NCBI GenBank assembly: GCA_964016885.1
Contig: OZ024747.1
Location: 2,604,001-2,668,000 of the forward strand
Reading direction: 5' to 3'
DNA: 64,000 nucleotides
Source: Eledone cirrhosa
Taxonomy: Eukaryota
Part shown: piece after piece, positions 52,961-64,000 of the stretch
Layout: each line of letters starts with the position of its first letter
How positions within the stretch are numbered: position 1 is the stretch's first letter
Notes under the pieces: generated by a model
Told to the model about the DNA's origin: nothing
Databases searched by the model: none
Seen by the model: only the letters and a program-made list of their open reading frames with translations
Position numbers and translations under genes: made by a program

Positions 52961-55008
52961 TTCCATGTTTCACTCTTTTAGATTTATTTATATTTTTATT
53001 TATATACTTATTTGTACATTGACTTATTTATTTATATATTTATTCACATATTTATTTATGTATTTATTTATTTACTTATTTATTTTTACTTATTTATTTG
53101 CTTATTTATTTATATATAGAGTGGGAAATAAAATTTTGTTTCATTTTTTCCATTTATCGTTTTCGGTGCACCCGGCCGATTAACCCACTCGATATGCAAA
53201 TTGGGCTACTCAGCCGTTAATATGCATAAGGAAAGTATATACTTTCGGACGTTCAACTATCTGGCAGGAAGGTATACGTTGCTGACGATAGCTAACAAGC
53301 TTGAAACTAGTACAGCGTTCCTTTGTCAGTGTTGAACAAACGAGCAACGGTGGTTGCTAGACACTACGGCTTAATACGGGATGTTTGTTTACAAACACAC
53401 CGAGCATTATAATAAATGTTTGGTGAATCCATACGTACATATATATATGTGTGCATGTATATATATATATATACATACTACTGTACGTCTGTATACATAT
53501 ATGTATGTACGTATACATACTTATATTTAAGTAACAGCCGTACTAAGAGTGGGAAATGAAATTTCGTTTCATTTTTTTCCATTTATATATATATATTTCT
53601 TCATTTATCTATATGTTTATTTATATTTATTTATTTATATTTATTTATCTATCTATATATTTATCTACTTCTATTTCTTTACTACCTTGCCAACCCATTG
53701 CATTTCATATTTTTATTTCATCAGAATCTCCATATTTCTGCAATTACATCTGAAATTTGTTTTTCTAAACGCCTTCTACCTTTATCTCAGCATCCATTTC
53801 TCTGTTCAGCCAGTTACATCCAATATTTCCTTTATCTTCATCTTTTCTTAATATTTCACTATTTTAGATAAATTCTCTTCGATATCAAATTTATTTATTT
53901 ATATATATTGTATCTGGATTTTATTGTTATTTCTTCATAGGTTCACATTTCTGTTATCTCCCATATATAGAGGTGTGTGTTGTGTGTGTTTATGTGTGTT
54001 TGTGTGTCTTTGTCTGTCTGTATGTGTGTGTGTGTGTCCAACCATGCCAGCATGGAATAGGATGTTAAATGATTATAAATAAATATATATATATATATAT
54101 ATATAGTAATAATAATAAAATTTGAAAACTAAAATCCAAAGAAGGCTCGATAAGGATAAATATATATCAGATATATATAAGAACTTTCCTGTATTACAGC
54201 CCCACATTATACCCTAACGGATAGTACGAACTATACGCGCATATTTTATGTCTTGATGTGGTAGCTAAGTATATATTATGTTAATACCATTACTTGTGTA
54301 TATATATATGTATGTATGTGTTTATATATGTATGTGTATATATATATGTATGTATGTGTATATATATATATGTATGTGTATATATATGTATGCGTGTATA
54401 TATGTATGTATCTATGTATGTATTCATATATATGTGTGTGTGTATATATATATATATATGTATGCATATATGTATATGTATATGTATATATATATATACA
54501 TATATATGTATGTGTGTATATATATATATACTCCTATGCTGCCATACCATCCTCAATCAACCACCCTCTACATAACAGGTCAGGTCATGAAAGAGAATAT
54601 GATATGCCCTTCCATGGAATCTTCTCCTCCCTCAATCGGAGAATACTCCAACCTCTTACTCTGCTAGACCCTAGACTCTCAACTTGTCATAACTCTTCAA
54701 TATCTATTCACATCACAACTATAAATATCCCCAACCACTCTCCAAATCCTGCCAGTTCCTACCACACCTGCCTCAAACATATATTCAGGTAGATATATAT
54801 ATATATATACATGCACATACAGTTCTGTATGAGCAAGGTATCGTCACCTGAAGTGGCATTTATCACAACAGGACAACTCGTCTAACCCATGCCAGCATGG
54901 AAAAATGGATGGTGAATGGTGGTGATGATGATCATACTAAGCCAAATGCAGGATTGGAAAACTACGGTAGCAACTAAACTGAGTTGGAATTCATTATATA
55001 TATATGTA

Positions 55009-55190
55009 GGGCGGTGAATTGGCAGTATCGGTAGAGAGTCGGACGCCATGCTTTCTAGCATAGTTACGTCCCTTTACAGTCTGAGTTCAAATCCCGCCGA
55101 GGTTAACTTTGCTTTTCATCCTTACGGGGTCGATAAAATAAAGTACCAGTAATGTACTGAGTAATTGCTGGCCTAAAGTAGAAACAATTA
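55009..55190 (+). mobile_element. SINE family B, full length, with an inverted head copy at 55450-55530
   Basis: GGCGGTGAATTGGCAGTATCGGTAGA..GAGTTCAAATCCCGCC..GGGGTCGATAAAATAAAGTACC. Confidence 0.9.
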
Positions 55191-56159
55191 TATATATATG
55201 TGTGTGTATGTGTGTGTGTATATATATATATATATATAGACACACATACACATCTTCCTCTTCTTCATCCCTGCCTACTTTTTCCTGTGAGGATCGTGGG
55301 GGAAGAATCCTCAAACACTTCTTTCATCGGGTCTTCTCAGAAGCAACCATCTCCAACTTATCCGGATTGAACCTCAAGCAAGACCAGTCAAGTGCTTGGA
55401 TGTTATCCAACCATCTTGATTGGAGGGGTCTAGCCCTGGGTCTCCTGCGAGATTTGAACCCAGATCGTAAATGGCCATAACTCTATGCTGCAAAGCATGG
55501 CACCTGACCCTCTACCGATACTGCCAATCCACATGAACATTATTGATACAAACAATTTCAGTATTACTTTTTTATTCTTATGTTTCCCGCATATATCTAC
55601 CCTCATAAACTCCATCAGTTTTCTGCCCATTTTTTCTTAGATTATTTTATATATTTGTTTCCTTTCATAACTTCAAATCATCAGATTTTTTTGTCTATTC
55701 CATTAAAATATTTATTTAAGCATTTCCACATTGTACATGTTGTTTAATATATGCTATATTTACTTCTCAGTAATTATACCTGTATGCATATATCTGCACT
55801 CATGCATGTCAGAGAGTATGAATATATCTGTAGCAGGTTAGTGACTCAATAGTAGAGTCCTGGACAATGGCTTTAGGCAGTTGGGTCTTCAACTGTGTCT
55901 GTTATCAGTTGTAAATCATAAAAGTTACTGATAATATCTAATCAATATGGAGCCCATTGTTTATATAGAACCATTTTCTCATTAAAGGAAATCATGCATG
56001 TATCTTCTGAAAAGCACAGCTATATTGAACTTTGAATGACAATCAATCATACACTCACACAAACTTGTATTTCTATGAGTTTATGATTGTTCTTCTTACA
56101 AATGGCACTGTATATTGTTTTAGCAATAATGGCATGTTACTTAGGAAGATCGGATTTTC

Positions 56160-56667
56160 CTGATCAAAGATGCTGATCAAAAGTGCTGATCAATTTTACT
56201 GATTAAATCAATGTGCTGATCAAATGTACTGATCTGATCAAATGCGTTGATCAAATGTGTTGATCAAATATACTGATCAAAAGTACTGATTTGATCAAAT
56301 ATGCTGATAAAATATGCTGATCAAATATGCTGATCAAATGTACTGATAAAATGTGTTGATCAAATGTGCCAATAAAATGTACTGATCAAATATGCCAATA
56401 AAATGTGTTGACCAAATGTACTGATCAAATGTGTTGATAAAATGTGCTGATCAAATGTGCTGATCAATGTGTTGATCAAATGTGCTTAAAAAATGTGTTG
56501 ATCAAATGTGTTGATCAAATATGCTGATCAAATGTACTGATCAAGTGTGCTGATCAAATATACTGATCAAGTGTGCTGATCAAATATACTGATCAAGTGT
56601 GCTGATCAAATGTACTGATCAAATGTGTTGATCAAATGTGTTGATCAAATATGCTGATCAAATGTGT
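56160..56667. repeat. 13-bp minisatellite (TGATCAAATGTGY), degenerate
   Basis: Direct reading. Confidence 0.95.
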
Positions 56668-57286
56668 AACGATTTCTATGAATATGGGACATAACTGTCA
56701 TGTTTGATCCATGGTGATATATGGGCTTCAATGTATTTTTGTTTTCAACAAGTATTTTGAAGTCACCCCTTCTACTTGGATTGCAGAGTTATAACTTTTG
56801 AAATCTGTGATGTAACAATCCCAATTCTATGATGGATTACTTTTTATGTTGATATTGGAAATATTGTCAAGTTTCTGAGAATAAGCCTAAATCAAACATA
56901 ACTTTTTATGGTAAGCAGAGTATTTTTATTCCAGGTCTTTGTGAAGGTTCATACAATCAGCAATTTTTGAGTCACATGGAATATCATTGGATATAGGAGT
57001 GTTTCATAAAGAATTAAATTATAGAAATTAAATCTCTTTTGAACACATCATTAGCTTTTGATTTTTAAGAGTATCCTTTAGTGATAACATACAAAGCACA
57101 ATGTCTGCTTGTTTTAAGCCTCTTCTGTGATAGAGCCTGTCAGTATAACTGGGGAAGATTCTCATTGAGGTCAGCATCTTATGAGTTTCATTATCAAATG
57201 GGTAGATATCCTTTATAATCCATTTAAATATTTCTACCTGTGTTAGTATTGCAAATTCTTTATTATAACATGAAAGTTCAGATTGC

Positions 57287-57440
57287 TGGCAGTATCGGTA
57301 GAGGGTTGGACGCCATGCTTTCTAGTATTGTTACGTCCCTATATGGTCTGAGTTGAAATCCTGTCAAGGTTAATTTTGCTTTACATCCTTACAGGGTTGA
57401 TAAAATAAAGTACCACTAATGTACTGAAAATTGCTGGCCT
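57287..57440 (+). mobile_element. SINE family B
   Basis: Matches the family B sequence. Confidence 0.85.
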
Positions 57441-57472
57441 GAAAAGTCTGATCTAGTGTTTATTGTTTACAG

Positions 57473-58068
57473 TAGGCATGTCAAAGATGTGGCCCTTTAC
57501 AAGTACACCTGTGGCCTGCACATAAGTTTTTACAGTGTGAGCATGTTTTATCTTCGTAACATAAAATAAAAAAAATTATTTGTAATGTGCACAATTAGTT
57601 GTGATGAGTGGCCCTCAAACAACACATATGTGATCCATGTGGCCCTCAAACAACACACATGTGACCCATGTGGCCCTCAGACAACACATATGTGACCCAT
57701 GTGGCCCTCGGACAACACATATGTGACCCATGTGGCCCTCGGACAACACATATGTGACCCATGTGGCCCTCGGACAACACATATGTGACCCATGTGGCCC
57801 TCGGACAACACATATGTGACCCATGTGGCCCTCAGACAACACATATGTGACCCATGTGGCCCTCAAACAACATATATGTGACCCATGTGGCCCTCAGACA
57901 ACACATATGTGACCCATGTGGCCCTCAGACAACACATATGTGGCCCTCGGACAACACATATGTGACCCATGTGGCCCTCGGACAACACACATGTGACCCA
58001 CGTGGCCCTCAGACAACACATATGTGACTCATGTGGCCCTCAGGGGGACCCTCAGTTTGACATGTCTG
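57473..58068. mobile_element. hAT/Charlie-type MITE with an internal 31-bp tandem array
   Basis: TIRs TAGGCATGTCAAA / TTTGACATGTCTG; 8-bp TSD GTTTACAG (57465-72) and GTCTACAG (58069-76). Confidence 0.8.
57608..58042. repeat. 31-bp tandem repeat, ~14 copies
   Basis: GTGGCCCTCRGACAACACATATGTGACCCAT; one unit has a 9-bp deletion. Confidence 0.95.
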
Positions 58069-58186
58069 GTCTACAGCACCTTTACATAATATATGTTCAA
58101 ACATAGCTGAGTATTTCTTGCAATTATTGTGAGACATGAAAACTATTTCAAGGGTTTCACAAGGGTAAAAATATTGAGAAACCCTG

Positions 58187-58276
58187 GGCAGGGGAGTTGG
58201 ATTAACGTGGGGTGGCGGCAGGGGAGTTGGATTAACGTGGGGTGGCGGCAGGGGAGTTGGATTAACGTGGGGTGGC
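58187..58276. repeat. 30-bp G-rich tandem repeat, 3 copies
   Basis: GGCAGGGGAGTTGGATTAACGTGGGGTGGC. Confidence 0.95.
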
Positions 58277-58299
58277 CAGTTTGATTTGTAGACTGGCTG

Positions 58300-58583
58300 A
58301 TGTATTGTGTCCTCGAGCAACACATTCTATGTGAAACTGGTCCAGTACACTCAGCTGTAGAAATTAGTTGTGACGTCACTGGTGCCAAGCTGTGTCGCCC
58401 CCTTCCCTTGGACAACATTGTTGGCATAGAGACGGGAGACTGGTATACATGGGCAACTGCTGGTCTTTCAAATCCCGCCGAGGTTAGCTTTGCCTTTCAT
58501 CCTTACGAGGTCGATAAAATAAAGTACCAGTAATGTACTGGGATAATTTCTCGCCTGGTGCCAAAAGTAGAAACAATTATTAT
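58300..58583 (+). mobile_element. Adjacent SINE fragments (family A-like centre, then family B 3' half)
   Basis: TGTGTCCTCGAGCAA..CTCAGCTGTAGAAAT, then TCAAATCCCGCCGAGG..GTCGATAAAATAAAGTACC. Confidence 0.7.
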
Positions 58584-59081
58584 CTAACCATAATTTGTGT
58601 GAAAATATTAATTACCTCCCTTTGTATATAGATTTCACAGTTCACGAAATATCAGTCACAGCAAGATAATCTCTTCCTTAAACCCTTACACTAATTCCCT
58701 TGAACCCAGCCGTTTAAATATTTTTTAGCTCACCTCAGAGATATTAAGTCATAGAATTTTCATTTCAAAGGTAATTATAGTAAGCTTAATATTTCCTATT
58801 TCTAATTGTTTCCAATTTAATATTTATTAAACTCTACTATTAACTTGGTAAACTAGTTTTATGCAGATACCACAGTGTTGTTTGCTCATAACATTCGTAA
58901 TAATTCATACACACACACACATATATATATCTTTAGGTTTGTTGGTTCACCACTGGATAGAATTGGTCATTCCGTGTGGTCAATCCTGGTCTAATATTGT
59001 GAAGCGTACTCAACGCAGTGCAGTTCACCCATTTTCGTTTGTGTAGTTGGTGGTGCGAATACGGAGTTAATTATAAATAAA

Positions 59082-59383
59082 ATAAAATAATAGGAGGCTG
59101 GACTGGTGAAAATCCTTGAAAGGTTTATTATACTATGATCATTTCAATGACCGGGTTCCATATGAATCCGGTGATATCATCAGGTATTGGAATATAACAA
59201 AGGAATATGTAAAAAACCATGGGTCCGAAAAGTCAGAGACAGACAAAAAGGACGACTGACAAATTAGGTGCTCCGCCAGTCGCCCTCAAAGTCACCGGAT
59301 TCATATGGAACCCGGTCATTGAAATGATCATAGTACAATAAACCTTTCAAGGATTTTAACCAGTCCAGCCTCGTGTTATTTTA
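59082..59383. mobile_element. Fold-back element with ~90-bp inverted arms (Penelope-like pseudo-LTR remnant)
   Basis: 59082-59174 is the reverse complement of 59292-59383 with few mismatches; (TA)n on the right. Confidence 0.75.
59130..59187 (-). ncRNA. Minimal hammerhead ribozyme candidate with palindromic stem III
   Basis: Minus strand: ATAC-CTGATGA-TATCACCGGATTC-ATATG-GAACCCGGTCATT-GAAA-TGATCA-TA-GTAT. Confidence 0.65.
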
Positions 59384-59397
59384 TATATATATATAGT

Positions 59398-59512
59398 GAG
59401 GGTGCGTGACTGAGCGGTTAGAGAATTGGACTCAATCGTGAGGTTGTGAGTTCGATTCCTGGACAGGGCGATGCGTTATGTCCTTGAGCAAGACACTTTA
59501 TTTCACGTTGCT
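59398..59512 (+). mobile_element. SINE family A-like head and centre
   Basis: TGACTGAGCGGTTAG..GAGTTCGATTCC..TCCTTGAGCAAGACACTTTATTTCAC. Confidence 0.8.
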
Positions 59513-60054
59513 TCTTCTACCTGGAGTTGCGACCGATAGATAGTATTAGCAATTGGAAAGACCAACGGAAACATCGTTTCCTCGGTCCAATTTGACTAAA
59601 AGTCGATCGACTGTCGAATATATATATATATATATATACGTGTGTGGTGTGTGTGTGTGTCTGTGCCGCGTGTGTGTGTGTATATATATATACATATATA
59701 TACACGCGCACACACAGACATGCCAACACACACACATATGAGCAGCCGAAGTTCAGTCATGTCTTCATATATATAAGTGTGTGTGTGTCTGTGTGTGCGT
59801 GATGAATATTGACTCGGTATCGTCTATCTCGAATATAATCACCATTTGCAAACCCTTCTTCTCTCCCTTTCACCGTCTTCCAATAAGATGACACGTGACA
59901 TCACCAACACTTCTAACTCAGACAATAGCGATATTTCCCCGTAACAACCAGAGAACCACTACTGCTTCTCTTCTATTACGTATAACTTTCTATATAGGTG
60001 TTGTTGTTCTCTCTCTTTCACTGCCTCCGTCTCTCCATTTCTCACTATTATAGG

Positions 60055-60418
60055 ATTGGCAGTATCAGTAGAGGGTCGGACTGCTTTGCAGCATAGTTAC
60101 GGCCCTTTATGGTCTCAGTTCAAATCTGAGGCATCCTTACGTGGTCGATAAAATAAAGTATCAGAAACACACTGGTGTTGATTTAATCGACTTTCCCAAA
60201 AATTGTTGGCCTTGTGCCTAAATCAGAAACCATTATTATTGGCAGTATCAGTAGAGGGTCTGACTCCATGCTTTGCAGCAAAGAGTTACGGCCCTTTATG
60301 AGCTGAGTTCAAATCATGCCGAGGTTAAATTTGCTTTTCGTCCTTACGGGGTCGATAAAATAAAGTACCAGTAATACACTGTGATAATTGCTGGCCTTGT
60401 ACCAAAAGTAGAAACAAC
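60055..60418 (+). mobile_element. Two tandem SINE family B copies nested in a CRE-like derivative
   Basis: TTGGCAGTATCAGTAGAGGGTC at ~60056 and ~60239. Confidence 0.85.
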
Positions 60419-60419
60419 T

Positions 60420-60560
60420 GTTATAAGCAAACGGGAGGCCAGGCGCTGGGTGCCCCAGCTCACACCTGCGGGTAGCCAACTCTGTGCCGATGGTGGTAAG
60501 TAGGAATGTGATCCTAGGGCCAAGGACACCAGACGTCTCCACTTTATGGTATAACTATAG
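60420..60560 (-). mobile_element. Short CRE-like derivative, copy 3
   Basis: METSGVLGPRITFLLTTIGTELATRRCE; ends in CTCCACTTTATGGTATAACTATAG. Confidence 0.75.
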
Positions 60561-61530
60561 CAGTAACAACTGTCTGTAGTTCCAAGGAGTCCGAGATCTG
60601 ACAGGAGGAGGGGAATAAGTGGGAATCGAAAATCGGTAATTTTTCTAGGTTGTCTCTGATGATTTTTAAAACCAGAATTTATTGTTTAGTTTACATATTG
60701 AGAACCCCAACCCATCCTATTTATTCTATAACGTGTGAGATTTCTATTAATGTTTTTTTTTTTTGCCATGTATATTGTCTTTTAATGTCAAAAGAAAATT
60801 AATTGTTGCAGGACTTCTGTGGGGGGAGGAGGGACTTATACACAACAAAATTAGAATACACAGCAAACCTCGCACAATTTTAGATATCAAAGTTAGCTTG
60901 GTGAAAGTAATTGGAATTGAAAAGTTATACATACAGGTATTAAATTCGAAAATTCTAACCATCCTAAAACTAAAAAAATAAATTACTATGGTCATCGCTG
61001 GTGGAGTACCCCATTGCAGGGGACCCAGGGTAATTGCCCCTTTTGCCTCCCCTCTCCCCATTAAATCTGGCCCTGGGCAAGCCAGGATTTTTCTAGGCTA
61101 GAGACAATTGGTCTTAGATTAGATCCAGGTTTATGTTTTTATGTAACAAGAGGATGTCGGGTATCTACTAGTTCCAGTGCTAAAGTTAAGTTTTCTCTTG
61201 TTACAGAGTCATCAATGTTTTCTGGTATATGAGGTAGCGTTGAGGAGGTCCTTATTCTGGATGGGTGGGATACCTGTAGCTTTGGTGTATAGTCCATTGT
61301 TATTAAGGTATTCAAATGCCAGGTTGTGTTAGGTGCCTTGGGTAACAACACACAATATTTTCCCTTTGTCAGAGAGGATGTATATGAGGTCCTTTACTCA
61401 TAATTTCTTTTTTAAGAGAATGTATTGGTTTGTTCTTATAGTATGGTGAATAAAACAAACATTTTAAGTCTAGCAAGATTCACAGCAGGTTTGTGGCTGA
61501 TGGTGGTGGGTAGAGTGGGTTGAGAAGTAT

Positions 61531-62035
61531 AATAATAATAATAATAATAATGAAATTATTGTGTAAAGTGCTCAGGTGCACTACAACTCGTCAATATAGT
61601 ACATAGAATAATACACAAATGCCAGGGAAGTACATGTTTGTATGTGTTAGCTGTAGTGTTGGCGGATCTCGGGAAGCATGGAGGCCTTAAAGGATGCAGT
61701 GTCTCGACAGCTAACAACTGATGCAGGTAGTTTGTTCCATGCTTCAGCAACTCTGAGCGTGAAAAAATGTTTCCGAAAGTCATGGGAACTGTGCTGTTTT
61801 CTTACTTTGTGGGCATGTCCACGTGTGTTAGACACATGGAAATCGAAAAGGCACTCAGGGTTGTTGTTGGCAACATGGTTAACAATTTTGTGGGTGTTTA
61901 CCAAGTCAGTTGCCAGGCGTCGGAGCTTCAATGAATCCATGCCCAGGGAAGCAAGGCGATCAGAGTATGGTAGATGCCTGATGGAGGGTATTCGCTTGGT
62001 TGCACGTCTCTGAACAGTTTCCAGGCGGTCAATGT
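61531..62035 (-). mobile_element. CR1-clade LINE 3' fragment with (ATT)n tail
   Basis: LETVQRRATK..SLKLRRLATDL..TRGHAHKV..RKHFFTLRVAEAWNKLP..FK. Confidence 0.92.
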
Positions 62036-63687
62036 AGTGAATTACATGGGAACATACTTATAATATACTTATAAGTATATTATATATAAGGGAACATACT
62101 TATAATCAAAGACATTCGAACAGTGACTATCCTAGTTTTTATATATCTAAGACTACATTTTTCTGCATGCCCTTCCATTTTTAAGATAAACATTTTGTAA
62201 TCTGGATGACATATTTTCATTGGTTTAGGCTTCTGCTAGTTTTGCTAGGTAGCATTGGGTATTAATTCTGAACTAATTCTATTTAATGGAGATTTGTTTA
62301 TCAAAATACTAAAATAGAATTTCTAGCATCTCACCTTTATCATAGATTAAGAAATGAAGCCTCTACTACCTCCATATGAAAAGTAGTAGAATGTTTGTGG
62401 AATGAAACCTATCACATTGAGTAGGCCATGTAATTAACTCAAAGCCCTTTTGTTTGTTTCTAGTAGTAACATAGTAAGAGTAGTAGTTAAGGTGATGATG
62501 CTAGTGAGAATGAAACTAGTGATAGTGGAATATTAGAAGTGATTGGAGTCATAGTCATATCACTGTTAATGTCTTCTCTGACCATTTTCCAAATGTAAGG
62601 ATTCTTTTCAGTTTCATGTATCAATTAAGATAAGGCAGTCTGTTAACTCTATGATTCAGTGAAATTTAAATTAATTTAGTGGATGCAATTGGCAGTATAG
62701 AGAGGCAATATTGAAACTGCAAGAATACTATTGAAATGTCACTGGTTCCATTGTATGAATTCCCACCCCACACTGTTCTCTTCATATGCATTCCTTTGTC
62801 ACTCTGCAATACCAATATCTGATAAAAGTTCACCTTATTATATGTATTTTAATAATTCCAATTTGATGCCAACTAACTACACATTATTTGCTTCCCACTA
62901 CAAATGTAGGGAGGAAATGTGTCACAATAACTTATTGAACTAACAACTTATAGATCACGAGTTCAAAATCAACTGCAGGCATTTCTTAATGTCACTAGAT
63001 TGGATACTTACTTCAACATGGTTCTGCTTAAGTCACTGTCAGAAATCGGTATTAAATCTTTTGGAAATATTACTGCCAATATTCTTGTATTGAATTGAGT
63101 AGAAGATTTAGGCACTGGTTTGATATAACCCTAGACATTGTGGTGACATTCCTATTATTTCGATATGCTAACAGCTAAGAGTATGAAAAATATCTCCAAT
63201 TATTCTTGTTCTAATTGTAACTATGATTGAATATAAATATCATAAAATACCATTTAACACAAAATATTTAGTAAAAATGTTGGGTAGGAAGCCATTCTGA
63301 AAGCTTTAAAAACTTCTTTTGGGTTTAAATCTTGCCAAGAATAGTAATCTATTATATTAGTAGCATATTGAAACTGATTGAGATGTTTTACAAAATGAAT
63401 ATTGTAACTGCTGAATAAAAACAATAAGAAGCACATAGCTAGAGCACCTGAAACATGGAGGATTAGTGGTTAGAGGAGTGAAATTTTAAGGTTTCAAAGC
63501 CTAGAATTAGCAACAAAACCATTTAATGAAAATTGAAATTGTTCCCACATTTAGTTTAATGATTTGTATTTGAGAAGCTAACCGGAATTAAGATGTGTTC
63601 CACAATTTCATTCACAAACATATACACCATGGGCTTCCACACAGTTTTCATCTATTTGATTTGTAATTTGTTAGTGTTTAGTAGTAA

Positions 63688-63731
<44 letters not shown>

Positions 63732-64000
63732 TGAAATCTACCTATAGACAATCTCTGATGAAATAGTATCATTCTTAAACCAGAGAAGGAGATATCTCTC
63801 AACCCTTCAATGCTATGGAACCTCACCACAGATTGTCTGCTATACAAAATGATACTCAGAAACATGTAATATATACAAGTATCTTCAATGATACACTAGG
63901 ATTTTGTTCAGAATAGGTTTAATCATCTGAACCCCCAACAGGACTTTCACCTGCTGAGGACCTAAACTATATAAAATTTGAGGCCCTTCTCTAAAGAAAT

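Noticed and set aside
63752-63790. CTGATGA motifs here and at ~34054, ~41126 and ~60656 as hammerheads
   Set aside because: No correctly placed stem II plus GAAA.

Overview
AT-rich, CpG-depleted, microsatellite-dense animal genomic DNA, most likely from an octopod cephalopod (protocadherin type and SINE families). The one clear host gene is a + strand protocadherin: a probable 5' UTR exon ending at 12085, a 2.43-kb ectodomain/TM exon (16601-19033) and a DSGHG (CM1-like) exon (~20517-20661). The rest is repeats: two tRNA-derived SINE families; RTE, CR1, R4-like and CRE-like LINE fragments; hAT and piggyBac-type MITEs; and several tandem arrays, including 65 x 37 bp. The most notable unexplained signal is a set of short fold-back elements beside (TA)n tracts. 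Several carry minimal hammerhead-ribozyme cores (CTGANGA...GAAA), as in Penelope-like pseudo-LTRs. All calls were made by eye; repeat boundaries are approximate.
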